Shown: positions 50,269 through 60,219, counted from the first letter of the stretch. The stretch: DNA of 64,000 nucleotides from an uncultured Bacteroides sp. (GCA_964604655.1 CAZRZY010000009.1:47-64046), one strand, 5' to 3'. Numbers and translations are program-made. Notes: generated from the letters alone by a model not told the origin.

Positions 50269-52137
50269 TTGAAACTGATAGAAACGGAAGAGTTCATCCG
50301 GGCGGCCCGTTTGAATCGTCTCGGAGGGAGCAGTGCGGCAAAGGTGCTGATGAATGTGCTGCGGATCAACAGGATCAACAAGCTGTATGAAGAGGTCAGC
50401 CATTATGAGGGAATCGAATTCATCGATGCCCTGATCGATAAACTGCAGCTGGAGTACGAGGTGAGCGAGGAGGAACTCAAAAAGATCCCCACCTCGGGTG
50501 CCTTTATTACCGTCTCGAACCATCCTTTCGGAGGGATCGACGGAATGTTGCTGGTCAAGGTACTTTCGGCCTTACGGCCCGATATCCGGGTGATGGCCAA
50601 CTTCATTCTGAACAAAATTGAGCCTGTCTCTGATTACATGCTTCCTGTCAATCCTTTCGAGCGGCGTAAATCGGCCGCATCCAGCCTGTCAGGCGTCAAG
50701 ATGGCGCTGGAGCACCTGCAGGAAGGCAATGCATTGGGAATCTTCCCGGCCGGGGAGGTCTCCAGTTACAACGAGGATAACTACGGGATCAGCGACCGTG
50801 AATGGCAGTACTCGGCCATGAGGATGATCAGGAAGGCCAGGGTTCCGGTGGTGCCTGTCTATTTCCAGGGATCCAATTCCCGGCTTTTTCATATCCTGGG
50901 ACTGATTCATCCGAACCTGCGCACTGTGCGCCTTCCTGCCGAAGTATTTAACAAGAAGCACAAGAAGATCCGGATCCGGATCGGCACTCCTATCTCGGTG
51001 AAGGAGCAGGAGGCTTTCAGCGATATCAGCACTTACGGGCGATACCTCAGGGCCCGGACCTATGCGCTGGGTTCGGTCCTCGAGGTGCGGAAATTCTTCC
51101 GGCCCAGGATTAAGCGGGGCAAGAAGGCGGAACCTATCGCCCCGGAAGTGCCGCCTGGAATGATCCTCGATGAGATCGAGCACATCAGGGAGGAGTATAG
51201 CCTTTTCAGCAGCGATCAGTTCGATATCTTCTGCTGCCCGAGTACCGAGATCCCTCAGATCATGAATGAACTGGGGCGGTTGCGCGAGATCACTTTCCGG
51301 GAGGTGGGGGAGGGGACTAACCGCTCCATGGATATCGACGAGTACGACCTGTACTACAACCAACTGTTCGTCTGGGACCGGGGCGCACAGAAGATCGTGG
51401 GGGCCTACCGGGTGGGAAAAGGGAAGGAGATCCTGATGCGGTACGGCGTCAAGGGGTTTTACCTTCAGAGCCTGTTCCGGCTCTCCCGCCGTTTCCATTC
51501 TACGCTGAGACAGTCGCTGGAGCTGGGACGCTCGTTCATTATCAAGGAGTACCAGCGCCGTCCCCTGCCGCTTTTCCTGCTCTGGAAAGGGATTCTCTAT
51601 TTTCTGCTGAAGCACAACGAATACCGCTACCTGATCGGACCGGTGAGCATCAGCAATAACTTTTCCCAGTTTTCGCGGGGACTGATGATGCAGTATATCC
51701 GGGAGCACCATTTCGACCGGAAGCTGGCCAGAAAGATACGGCCGAGGACCAAGTATAACGTGCCCGGATTCAATGTGGATGAGGAGATCATCCTCTCCAG
51801 TGCCGACGACCTGAACAAGTTTGACCGCTTCATCAAGGAGGTGGAGCCCAACGACTACTCCATGCCGATTCTGCTGAAAAGATACCTGAAGCTGAACGGA
51901 AAGATCATCGGGTTCAACCTGGATCCCAAGTTTAACAATGCCCTGGACGGATTGCTGGTGCTGGACCTCTACGATGTGCCCATGGAGACCATCGCTTCCC
52001 TGTCGAGGGAGATCAATGACGAATCGATCATGGAACGTTTTATGGCCGGAAAGGGGAGTGCCGTCAGTGCCGATCTGCCCATCCAGCCTGATCTTCCTAT
52101 CAATCCCAATCACGCCATATTCGGAAATCTGAAATGA
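50269..52137 (+). CDS. Bifunctional acyltransferase, OlsF-like (N-terminal PlsC-type O-acyltransferase plus C-terminal OlsB/GNAT-like N-acyltransferase)
   Basis: The N-terminus has VSNHPFGGIDG and FPAGEVS (lysophospholipid acyltransferase motifs). The C-terminal ~300 aa look like an aminoacyl-lipid N-acyltransferase. The start is uncertain (TTG at 50269 in the track). Confidence 0.6.
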   Translation: MKLIETEEFIRAARLNRLGGSSAAKVLMNVLRINRINKLYEEVSHYEGIEFIDALIDKLQLEYEVSEEELKKIPTSGAFITVSNHPFGGIDGMLLVKVLSALRPDIRVMANFILNKIEPVSDYMLPVNPFERRKSAASSLSGVKMALEHLQEGNALGIFPAGEVSSYNEDNYGISDREWQYSAMRMIRKARVPVVPVYFQGSNSRLFHILGLIHPNLRTVRLPAEVFNKKHKKIRIRIGTPISVKEQEAFSDISTYGRYLRARTYALGSVLEVRKFFRPRIKRGKKAEPIAPEVPPGMILDEIEHIREEYSLFSSDQFDIFCCPSTEIPQIMNELGRLREITFREVGEGTNRSMDIDEYDLYYNQLFVWDRGAQKIVGAYRVGKGKEILMRYGVKGFYLQSLFRLSRRFHSTLRQSLELGRSFIIKEYQRRPLPLFLLWKGILYFLLKHNEYRYLIGPVSISNNFSQFSRGLMMQYIREHHFDRKLARKIRPRTKYNVPGFNVDEEIILSSADDLNKFDRFIKEVEPNDYSMPILLKRYLKLNGKIIGFNLDPKFNNALDGLLVLDLYDVPMETIASLSREINDESIMERFMAGKGSAVSADLPIQPDLPINPNHAIFGNLK

Positions 52138-53378
52138 AACATCATCTATTGAAAGCCATCACTCCTGGATTCTTCCCATCCCTTTTACTGGTTATGCTGT
52201 TGTGGATCATGGCGGGCTGTTCCGATCCGGAAACCGCCCTGGAACGTCGTGCAGCCCGTATCCATCAGCAGGTATTCACTGTAGATACCCACACCGATAC
52301 CCCGCTGCGGATCACCCAGGGCGATTTTGATTTCGGGGTTCGGAATGCCCCGGTGGAGACCAACAGCAAGGTCGATCTCCCGAGGATGAAGGAAGGGGAG
52401 ATGGATGCGATCTGGTTTGCGGTTTTCCTGGGTCAGGGTGACAGGACTGAGGAAGGGCACCGGCGGGCACAGGAACAGGCGATGGAGATCACCGGAGCCA
52501 TCCATCAACTGGCTGATGAGTACCCGGAACAACTGGTGATCGCCACCGGGGCGGGAGATCTGAAAAGGATCGCCCGGCAGGGGAAACACGCCATCTATCT
52601 GGGAATGGAGAACGGGTACCCCATCGGCAACGACCTGTCGCTGATCGATACCTTTTACCAGAAGGGAATCCGGTACATCACCCTGGTGCACAGTTCCAAC
52701 AACGACATCTGCGACTCCTCCACCGATACCATTGAACACGGAGGACTATCCTCCTTTGGGGAGCAGGTGGTCGACCGGATGAACGACCTTGGCATGATGA
52801 TCGACCTTTCCCACGCCTCGGATGAAACAGTCCTCGATGTGCTCGGCCGCACCCGCACCCCGGTCATTGCATCCCACTCATGTGCCAGAGCGCTCTGCGA
52901 TCATCCCCGTAACCTGTCGGACGACCTGTTGTTGAAGCTGAAAGAGAATGGGGGCGTGATCCAGCTCTGCCTCTACAGCGGCTACCTCAAGATCCTGGAT
53001 CCCAGTCCTGAGCGGGATTCTGCCCAGCAAGCCGTGTATGAGAAACACGGTAACTATTATAAACTGGATGAGGAAGCGCAGAGAGCGTTCCTGGAGGATT
53101 GGTTTGCGGTGGATCGCGATTTTCCGCCCGGTTTGGCCACGGTAAGCGAAGCCGTGGACCACCTTGATCATATGGTGGAGCTGATCGGGATCGACCATGT
53201 GGGCATCGGAAGCGACTTTGACGGGGGTGGAGAGCTGGCCGACTGCTTCGACGTGAGCCAGATGGGCAACATTACCCTGGAACTGGTCCGTCGGGGTTAC
53301 TCTCCCGGGGAGATTCGCAAAATCTGGGGCGGGAATATCACCCGGGTTTTCCGTAAAGTGGAACAGGCGGCGATATAG
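52134..53378 (+). CDS. Membrane dipeptidase (peptidase M19)
   Basis: 414 aa with VDTHTDTP, DLSHAS and IGSDFDG motifs. Its ATG overlaps the upstream stop (ATGA). Confidence 0.88.
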   Translation: MKHHLLKAITPGFFPSLLLVMLLWIMAGCSDPETALERRAARIHQQVFTVDTHTDTPLRITQGDFDFGVRNAPVETNSKVDLPRMKEGEMDAIWFAVFLGQGDRTEEGHRRAQEQAMEITGAIHQLADEYPEQLVIATGAGDLKRIARQGKHAIYLGMENGYPIGNDLSLIDTFYQKGIRYITLVHSSNNDICDSSTDTIEHGGLSSFGEQVVDRMNDLGMMIDLSHASDETVLDVLGRTRTPVIASHSCARALCDHPRNLSDDLLLKLKENGGVIQLCLYSGYLKILDPSPERDSAQQAVYEKHGNYYKLDEEAQRAFLEDWFAVDRDFPPGLATVSEAVDHLDHMVELIGIDHVGIGSDFDGGGELADCFDVSQMGNITLELVRRGYSPGEIRKIWGGNITRVFRKVEQAAI

Positions 53379-53445
53379 CCGGTTTGCTATGCTTTTACCG
53401 GGAAGAGAAATGCAGAGGTAGGGGTACATTCCGTCGAAATCAGAA

Positions 53446-53478
53446 TATACTATCCTTTTATACTATCAAATTATAGTA
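53446..53478. promoter_or_regulatory. Three ATA(C/G)TAT boxes at 13-bp phasing (starts 53446, 53459, 53472); counterpart of 18580-18612
   Basis: Read directly. A 17-nt stretch tatactatcaaattata is the reverse complement of 18583-18599. Confidence 0.5.
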
Positions 53479-53503
53479 TAATTCTCCTGAGCCTCAGTAG
53501 TAC

Positions 53504-53561
53504 CCCCCAAGCGACGACCCCAAGCGACGACCCCAAGCGACGACCCCAAGCGACGACCCCA
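53504..53561. repeat. About 4.5 x 13-bp tandem repeat (ccccaagcgacga)
   Basis: Read directly. Confidence 0.95.
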
Positions 53562-53668
53562 ATGCGGCCATAAGCAGCCATGCGGAAAGTTTCATCGGGG
53601 TGTCTCTGTATCATTGGGCTAACTTATAACGTTATGGATCGGGACCACCGAATCGCTTAAGGGGGGTC

Positions 53669-53708
53669 AAAAAAAATACAGGGACGGTCCGGGCGGACCA
53701 TCCCTGTA
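53669..53708 (-). terminator. Rho-independent terminator of the SOD gene
   Basis: On the minus strand: stem tacagggatggtcc / ggaccgtccctgta with a short loop, followed by T8. Confidence 0.8.
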
Positions 53709-53779
53709 CATGAAATAAACCAACTAACTAAAACCAAACTACTACTGCTTCTTTCAATCTTTCAATGCTTTCAGGCCAC

Positions 53780-54382
53780 TCAGGCCTTCATCCTGGCGGC
53801 AACTTCCTCCCAGTTGATAACGTTCCAGAAAGCTTCAATATATTCCGGCCTGCGGTTTTGATATTTTAAATAGTAGGCGTGCTCCCAAACATCGATTCCG
53901 AGGATGGGGGTGCCCTTCACCTCTGCCAGATCCATCAACGGATTGTCCTGATTGGCGGTGGAGGTGACTGCCAGCGAACCATCTGCCTGTTTGACCAGCC
54001 ACGCCCAGCCTGAGCCGAAGCGAGTGGCGGCTGCTGAACTAAATTTTTCCTTGAAGTCGGCGAAGGTTCCAAACGCGCTGTTGATGGCACTTATCAACTC
54101 ACCTGTGGGTTCACCGCCTCCATTCGGACCCATAACGGTCCAGAAAAGATTGTGATTGTAAAAACCGCCCCCATTATTACGCACGGCGGCGGAAGCGGTA
54201 GAAACATCGGCCAGAATATTTTCGATGGATTTTCCCTCCAGGTCAGTTCCCTCGATGGCGCCGTTCAACTTGGTGGTGTACCCGCCGTGGTGCTTGGAAT
54301 GGTGTATTTCCATGGTCCTGGCGTCAATATGCGGTTCCAGGGCGCTGTAATCGTAACTCAGATCAGGTAATTTAAAGGACAT
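53780..54382 (-). CDS. Fe/Mn-family superoxide dismutase
   Basis: 200 aa with canonical motifs ([30 protein letters not shown]). Confidence 0.96.
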   Translation of the reverse strand: MSFKLPDLSYDYSALEPHIDARTMEIHHSKHHGGYTTKLNGAIEGTDLEGKSIENILADVSTASAAVRNNGGGFYNHNLFWTVMGPNGGGEPTGELISAINSAFGTFADFKEKFSSAAATRFGSGWAWLVKQADGSLAVTSTANQDNPLMDLAEVKGTPILGIDVWEHAYYLKYQNRRPEYIEAFWNVINWEEVAARMKA

Positions 54383-54703
54383 ATTTCAAGGGTTTTAAAG
54401 TGTGCTTGCGTATTTATTTATTTTCATTATTGATAACAGGCGCAGGATCGATTTGTTCACAAAATATCCTGGAATCAGAAATACCTGTTGTGCAACAGTT
54501 CAACATTCCGCGGGAAGGCGCAGAACATGAGAAAATCCAGTGTTTTTTCCTTCCGGTTTTCCTTTCTTACATCCCGGGAGGTGCTGAAGAATATAGGAGG
54601 GTTTGCAGGCGATCCGGTTATCTTTGTAAACTTTGTGACTGATAAAAATCAAGTAATCTATGTGGCGTTTTAAATAGTATTAAATCAGATAAAAAAGGAA
54701 GAA

Positions 54704-56335
54704 ATGGCAACAGGTTTTTTTCATGTTCCCGAGCCGGTCAACGAAAGGGTCAGGAATTATGCTCCAGGCACCCGCGAACGTGCCGACTTGAAAGCTGAGA
54801 TTGAGAAACTAAGGTCGCAGGTGGCCGACATCCCTATGGTGATCGGGGGCAAAGAGATAAGGACCGACAATCAGGTACCCATTCATCCGCCACACGACCG
54901 GAAACACCTGTTGGGACATTACCACAAAGGGGACGCCTCCCATGTTCAGATGGCCATTCAGGCTGCGCTTGATGCCAAGGAGAAGTGGGCCAACCTTTCC
55001 TGGGAACACAGGGCCTCTATCTTTCTGAAGGCCGCAGACCTGATTGCCGGCCCCTTCGGCGATACCATTAACGCTGCCACCATGCTGGGTCAGTCCAAGA
55101 ATGTGATGCAGGCAGAGATCGACAGTGCCTGCGAAATGGCCGATTTCCTGCGGTTCAACGTGAAGTACATGACCGAGATCTATGAGCAGCAGCCCATATC
55201 GGACGAAGGAGTCTGGAACCGGGTGGAGCAGCGGCCCCTGGAGGGATTTGTCTTCGCACTGACCCCTTTCAACTTCACCTCCATTGCCGGCAACCTGCCT
55301 TCGGCACCGGCCATGATGGGGAACACGGTGGTGTGGAAGTGCTCCAATACCCAGGTATATTCAGCCAAAGTACTGATGGACGCCTTTATGGCGGCCGGAG
55401 TCCCTGCAGGGGTGATCAACCTGGTTTTCGTTTCCGGTCCGGTGGCGGGCAATGAGATCTTCTTCCACCCCGAATTTGCGGGGATCCATTTTACCGGTTC
55501 TACGGAGGTGTTCCATACTATCTGGAAGACCATTGGCGGAAACATCCAGAACTACAAATCGTATCCCAGGATCGTCGGGGAGACCGGTGGGAAGGATTTC
55601 ATTTTTGCCCACCCTTCAGCTGATATTCAGGAGCTGATCGTTGCCATGGTCCGGGGTGCCTTTGAATACCAGGGCCAGAAATGTTCCGCTGCTTCCCGGG
55701 CCTACATTCCCAAGAGTATGTGGCCCGATGTGAAAGAGCGCATGGAGAACATGATCAAGGGGATCAAAATGGGACCGCCCGAAGACTTCAATAACTTTTT
55801 CAATGCAGTGATCGATGAAGCCTCTTTCGATAAGCTGGCAGGATATATCGACCGGGCCAGGGAAGACGAAAACGCCGAGGTGATCATCGGGGGAGGCTGC
55901 GACAAATCCACCGGTTATTTCATCGAACCTACGGTGATCCTGGCCAAAGATCCCCGTTACGTGACCATGGAAGAGGAGCTTTTCGGCCCGGTGCTGACCG
56001 TCTACATCTACCCGGACGATCAGATCGAAGAGACGGTGAAACTGCTCGACGAGACCTCCATCTACGCACTCACCGGAGCCATTTTCGCAACGGACCGGTA
56101 CGCCATCGAGCACCTGACCAGGAGCCTCTCGAACTGCGCAGGGAACTTCTATATCAATGACAAACCCACCGGAGCCGTGGTCGGTCAGCAGCCCTTCGGC
56201 GGTGCCCGCGGATCGGGGACCAACGACAAGGCCGGATCGATGATCAATCTGCTGCGATGGGTCTCCCCGCGCACCATCAAGGAGACCTTCATACCACCCA
56301 GAGATTACCGGTATGCCTTCATGGACGATGAATAA
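54704..56335 (+). CDS. pruA: L-glutamate gamma-semialdehyde (1-pyrroline-5-carboxylate) dehydrogenase
   Basis: 543 aa in the aldehyde dehydrogenase superfamily (ETGGKDF, GQKCSA), with the P5CDH-type N-terminus and length. Confidence 0.88.
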   Translation: MATGFFHVPEPVNERVRNYAPGTRERADLKAEIEKLRSQVADIPMVIGGKEIRTDNQVPIHPPHDRKHLLGHYHKGDASHVQMAIQAALDAKEKWANLSWEHRASIFLKAADLIAGPFGDTINAATMLGQSKNVMQAEIDSACEMADFLRFNVKYMTEIYEQQPISDEGVWNRVEQRPLEGFVFALTPFNFTSIAGNLPSAPAMMGNTVVWKCSNTQVYSAKVLMDAFMAAGVPAGVINLVFVSGPVAGNEIFFHPEFAGIHFTGSTEVFHTIWKTIGGNIQNYKSYPRIVGETGGKDFIFAHPSADIQELIVAMVRGAFEYQGQKCSAASRAYIPKSMWPDVKERMENMIKGIKMGPPEDFNNFFNAVIDEASFDKLAGYIDRAREDENAEVIIGGGCDKSTGYFIEPTVILAKDPRYVTMEEELFGPVLTVYIYPDDQIEETVKLLDETSIYALTGAIFATDRYAIEHLTRSLSNCAGNFYINDKPTGAVVGQQPFGGARGSGTNDKAGSMINLLRWVSPRTIKETFIPPRDYRYAFMDDE

Positions 56336-56365
56336 GGTGCTTCCGGCATTCGAAATATGTTGATA

Positions 56366-56395
56366 AAACGCCTCCGGCCAGGGGGCGTTTTTTTT
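56366..56395 (+). terminator. Rho-independent terminator after pruA
   Basis: Stem aacgcctcc / gggggcgtt, loop ggcca, followed by a T-run. Confidence 0.75.
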
Positions 56396-56448
56396 TAGCT
56401 TTGAACATGTAGATGGGCGAAAAGCCAGGGTGAACTGAAACGGTACAG

Positions 56449-56775
56449 ATGAACAGGAGAGAACAAACCAGGCAGATTTTCATACGGGCATGGCCCTGGC
56501 TGAGAAACAAGTACGTGATTACGCTGGTGATCTTTACTGTATGGATGCTCTTTTTCAGCCAGAATAACCTGGTGGACAGGATCCAGATGAAATTTGAGAT
56601 CCGCCAGCTGGAACAGGACCGTACCTACTACCTGGAGCAGATCGAAAAGGACTCCACCCGCTTCCATGAACTGACCACCGACCGGGAGAACCTGGAGAAG
56701 TTCGCCCGGGAGCAATACCTCATGAAAAAGCCCAACGAGGATATCTTCGTGGTGATCAGGGAAGAGGAGGAATAG
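56449..56775 (+). CDS. Septum formation initiator (FtsB/DivIC-like)
   Basis: 108 aa with one TM followed by a coiled coil (IRQLEQDRTYYLEQIEKD...EKFAREQYLMKKPNEDIFVV). Confidence 0.75.
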   Translation: MNRREQTRQIFIRAWPWLRNKYVITLVIFTVWMLFFSQNNLVDRIQMKFEIRQLEQDRTYYLEQIEKDSTRFHELTTDRENLEKFAREQYLMKKPNEDIFVVIREEEE

Positions 56776-58276
56776 GACCGCGATCCATCCGGCGGTAAAT
56801 CTGCAGCAGTTCCAAAACGGACGCATTTCCAAATCCATGGACAGGGGGAGGGGGAGATCCCCTGTAACCCTCTGTATCTCCGAGTAACTCTACGGCCGCC
56901 TCTGTCACCGGGACATCCGGATACCCCCGATCCCGGGCGAAGTGAAGGAATTTCATGATACGGAACATGTGAAACCAGCGCCAGAACCTCTTCCGGAATG
57001 CGGCAGAGGAAGCGTTGTTTTTACGGATCTCCTCCATCGCTTCTTCGAAATGCTGGGCCTTTAAAAATTCTTGCAAAACCGGGTGTGGGCGGAAGGCAAG
57101 CATTGGACCGGGTTGACCAGGCTCTTCCATCCGGCGGAAGAGATCCCGGAGCATCAGAAAAAGTTTCAGGTTGTAGCTCCTCATCCCTTTCCCCGGGTCC
57201 ATGATCCCTTTCCCCGGGTCCATGATCCCTTTCCCCGGGTTCATGATCCGCTTTACCGCCGGACCGGTCCCGAACGGAACCCGGTCGGAGGGACGGGGAG
57301 AGGGTACTACCCGGGTGGTCTGACAGGAGGTGAAGTTCCCGCGCAGCGCCACCTTCTGGATAAAATAGAAATCTTCTCCGCCCTGCCGGCGGTTCATTCC
57401 GCCTTCCATGGCATAGACATCGGACCGAACCGCAAATGCGGAACCCACCGTTTGAAAGGCATAGGGATATCCCGTGGAACGGACTGCAATCACATAGTAA
57501 CGCAGGTGCAGTTCATAGGCGGCCACCGCCTCATACACCCGCGGATCGATCGCCGCCTCATACACCCGCGGATCGATCGCCGCATCATACGGGTTCTTCT
57601 GAAAATCAGGTCTGGATGATGGATCTAATGGTATGTGGAATGGATCTTCTTCAGGGGTTAAGGGGTGTTCAAAGTAGATGGAACATCCATCGGTGCCGGT
57701 CTGTTTGAAATGATCCACCAGGGCCTGCAGGTAGTTGGGATCCACCACCGTGTCTGCATCCAGGGAAGCGATGATCCCGGATTGGGACCCTCCTTGGCCA
57801 TTCCGGACCTTTCCAACCCGCGCAAATCGTCTGACTGCCTCATCCATTAAAATTTTGCGGGCCAGTCCCACTCCGGCCTTACCGGGTGGGAAAGTATGGT
57901 CGAGTAAGGTATGAAACCGGATCCGGGGATGGGGATGATCCCTGATCCAGTCCTCCGCCTTCCGGCAGGTTTGTCTGTTTCTTTGCAGGATCTCCGGGGG
58001 AGCATCCGCAGGGGCATTGAACAGGATCAGGACCTCGGTCTGGGGCAGAGCGGATGTCCCGCTCCGGACGGGATCCGACGGATCATGCGTTCCCGAACCA
58101 CCGGCGGGCCCGGGATAGCTCCTGCACCGAAACAAGGAATCCAGGCATATTTGGAGCCCGGGTTCATCGTAGGCAGGAATGGTAACGATCAGTTGAAGTC
58201 CGGGATGGGGAGCCTCCGGGACCAGGGGATCCCTCACGGCAGCTTTTTTCAGATAGTCATCCGCTAATAAACCCAT
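56756..58276 (-). CDS. Family-2-like glycosyltransferase with repeat insertions
   Basis: IVTIPAYDEPGL and SLDADTVVD (DxD) motifs. Contains in-frame repeats of 21 bp x3 (57181-57250) and 27 bp x2 (57527-57590). Confidence 0.7.
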   Translation of the reverse strand: MGLLADDYLKKAAVRDPLVPEAPHPGLQLIVTIPAYDEPGLQICLDSLFRCRSYPGPAGGSGTHDPSDPVRSGTSALPQTEVLILFNAPADAPPEILQRNRQTCRKAEDWIRDHPHPRIRFHTLLDHTFPPGKAGVGLARKILMDEAVRRFARVGKVRNGQGGSQSGIIASLDADTVVDPNYLQALVDHFKQTGTDGCSIYFEHPLTPEEDPFHIPLDPSSRPDFQKNPYDAAIDPRVYEAAIDPRVYEAVAAYELHLRYYVIAVRSTGYPYAFQTVGSAFAVRSDVYAMEGGMNRRQGGEDFYFIQKVALRGNFTSCQTTRVVPSPRPSDRVPFGTGPAVKRIMNPGKGIMDPGKGIMDPGKGMRSYNLKLFLMLRDLFRRMEEPGQPGPMLAFRPHPVLQEFLKAQHFEEAMEEIRKNNASSAAFRKRFWRWFHMFRIMKFLHFARDRGYPDVPVTEAAVELLGDTEGYRGSPPPPVHGFGNASVLELLQIYRRMDRGPIPPLP

Positions 58277-58294
58277 CCGGGTCGGTCAGGTCAC

Positions 58295-58909
58295 TTATTC
58301 CAGGATGGTGCCTGGTGCATAACGGGCATTGAGTCCGGCCACCAGCTCTTTGGTAATGTCGTATGGCTTGGCCCCGTAGATCAGGTTTCCGCCGAACTGG
58401 TAGGAGTAGACATAGCTGTACCCTTTTTGCTGGCTCATCTCGGCCACATACCGTTCGATCAAATCCAGCAGCTTGCGGTTCTTCACCATCCCTTCCTCCT
58501 GAAGTTGGGCGGTGTACTGGTTCTGAAGGCTCATCAGGTTTTGCTCCTCGGAGGCCAGTTGCTGCTGAAGTTCCTGTGCCTCGGTACGGGTCACGAGTCC
58601 GCGCTGAATCTTATACTGTGCATCCTGCACACTCTCGTAGAAAGTCTCCGTTCTTCCGGCAAAATCGGTCTCCAGTTCCGACTGCTTCTGCTCCAGCTCC
58701 TGCTGGTATTCGAAATAGAGATCCCAGTTGGACATAATGGAATCCATGTTGAAATAGGCGATGCTGATATCGGATGGACCTGCCAGTTCAGCATTGACGG
58801 CCGGTTGGTCCGCCGTCCCGCTGGCAGAACCATCCGAAAAATGGAGTACAAAAAGTACGATGACTGCTGCTGCAAGCACCACATTCGTTACAATGTTTGC
58901 GATTTTCAT
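58295..58909 (-). CDS. OmpH/Skp-family periplasmic chaperone (204 aa)
   Basis: Signal anchor MKIANIVTNVVLAAAVIVLFV, followed by an OmpH-like coiled coil. The ORF is open to 58969; ATG 58909 is preferred. Confidence 0.78.
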   Translation of the reverse strand: MKIANIVTNVVLAAAVIVLFVLHFSDGSASGTADQPAVNAELAGPSDISIAYFNMDSIMSNWDLYFEYQQELEQKQSELETDFAGRTETFYESVQDAQYKIQRGLVTRTEAQELQQQLASEEQNLMSLQNQYTAQLQEEGMVKNRKLLDLIERYVAEMSQQKGYSYVYSYQFGGNLIYGAKPYDITKELVAGLNARYAPGTILE

Positions 58910-59045
58910 TGATTCCCTGAGTTTTTGTCGGTTATCGGGCAACAAATATAACAGAAAAGTTGGGAACAAAGTCCAAAAAAAATGGAAGATGACGCTGATA
59001 TCACCACCCCTTATCCCATTAATTCACAGATCAACGGATGCTTTC

Positions 59046-59096
59046 GATCTCCCTCCCGTTCCGAAGGGGTTTCACAGATTTCACGGGAGGGAGATC
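59046..59096. other. Perfect 14-bp inverted repeat (gatctccctcccgt / acgggagggagatc) with a 23-nt loop, between the epimerase and ompH genes
   Basis: Read directly. There is no adjacent T-run on the minus strand, so it is not a canonical intrinsic terminator. Confidence 0.6.
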
Positions 59097-59105
59097 TTCC
59101 GTTGG

Positions 59106-60116
59106 CTATTGTCTTTGGTTGGCCAGGTAGTGATTCGCCACACTGCGGATCACATCGGGGACGGGGGTGAAATCGATCCCCAGCGCCTGTTTGACCTTCT
59201 CGCTGGAGAACCGCACTTCATCGAAGGCGGCGGAGGCCTGGTCGGAGGTAATCCTGCGCCGTCCGGTGAAAAGACCGGCCAGGGAATCGAGCCGGGAAAG
59301 ATTCTTCAGCATGGAAGGAGTGACCCGCCTGAATTCCCGTGTTTTCCCCAGTGCTTCGGCAATCATTGAGAATACCTCCCGGTAGGAGTAGTCTCCCGCA
59401 CTGATAATGAAGCGCTCTCCGCTCCATCCATACTCCATCAGCCCGGTCATCGCCGAGACCACATCCTGTACACCCACATATCCCGTAATACCGGTGGTGG
59501 CATATTGGAGTCCCCCGTCGATACGGGCGAACATGGACGAACTGCCCCGGTCCCAGAAACCCGGACCAAGGATGATGGTGGGATTGACGATCACCGCCTT
59601 CAGACCTGCCTCCATTCCCCTCCACACTTCCATTTCGGAACGGAACTTGGAGATGGAATAACCCATGCTGGACCTGGCCTGCGCCCATATCATCGACTCG
59701 TCCGCCGGAATTCCTTCAGGCGGCCGGCCTATGGCCGAGGAGGAGGAGACATGCAGCAACTTATCCACCTTCCCCTTCAGGCATCCCTGAACGATGTGCA
59801 TCGTGCTGTTGACGTTGAAATCGATCATCTTTTTTCGATCCCGGGGATCGAAAGAAACCATGGCTGCACAATGGTACACCTGCCCGGCTCCTTTGACCGA
59901 CTCCTCCACGTCCACCTGGCTCATCAGGTCCACATCCACCCACCGGATCTTCCTGAAAAGCGTGTCGGCTTCAGAAGAGTGATAGAAAAAGACGCGCCTT
60001 ACCTCTTCCAGGTCGGAGGAGGGCCGTTTGAAGGCGGTCACCCGCCCATGTTTTCCGGTCAGTTCCAGCAACAAATGCGAACCCAGCAGTCCGGTGCCAC
60101 CGGTGACAACAATCAT
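59106..60116 (-). CDS. NAD-dependent epimerase/dehydratase (extended SDR)
   Basis: 336 aa with the Rossmann motif VTGGTGLLGSHL and a YxxxK-type active-site region. Confidence 0.85.
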   Translation of the reverse strand: MIVVTGGTGLLGSHLLLELTGKHGRVTAFKRPSSDLEEVRRVFFYHSSEADTLFRKIRWVDVDLMSQVDVEESVKGAGQVYHCAAMVSFDPRDRKKMIDFNVNSTMHIVQGCLKGKVDKLLHVSSSSAIGRPPEGIPADESMIWAQARSSMGYSISKFRSEMEVWRGMEAGLKAVIVNPTIILGPGFWDRGSSSMFARIDGGLQYATTGITGYVGVQDVVSAMTGLMEYGWSGERFIISAGDYSYREVFSMIAEALGKTREFRRVTPSMLKNLSRLDSLAGLFTGRRRITSDQASAAFDEVRFSSEKVKQALGIDFTPVPDVIRSVANHYLANQRQ

Positions 60117-60219
60117 AGAGAAAAATTTCCAGTGAATATACAGATTATCCCCATCTCAGGAAACCACACCGGGATCAGTCAGAAAATCACCCTTGAAGGG
60201 ACCGGATGACAGACCTTGC

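Noticed and set aside
50689-52113. 474-aa ORF on the minus strand
   Set aside because: Antisense to the OlsF-like acyltransferase gene. Shadow ORF.
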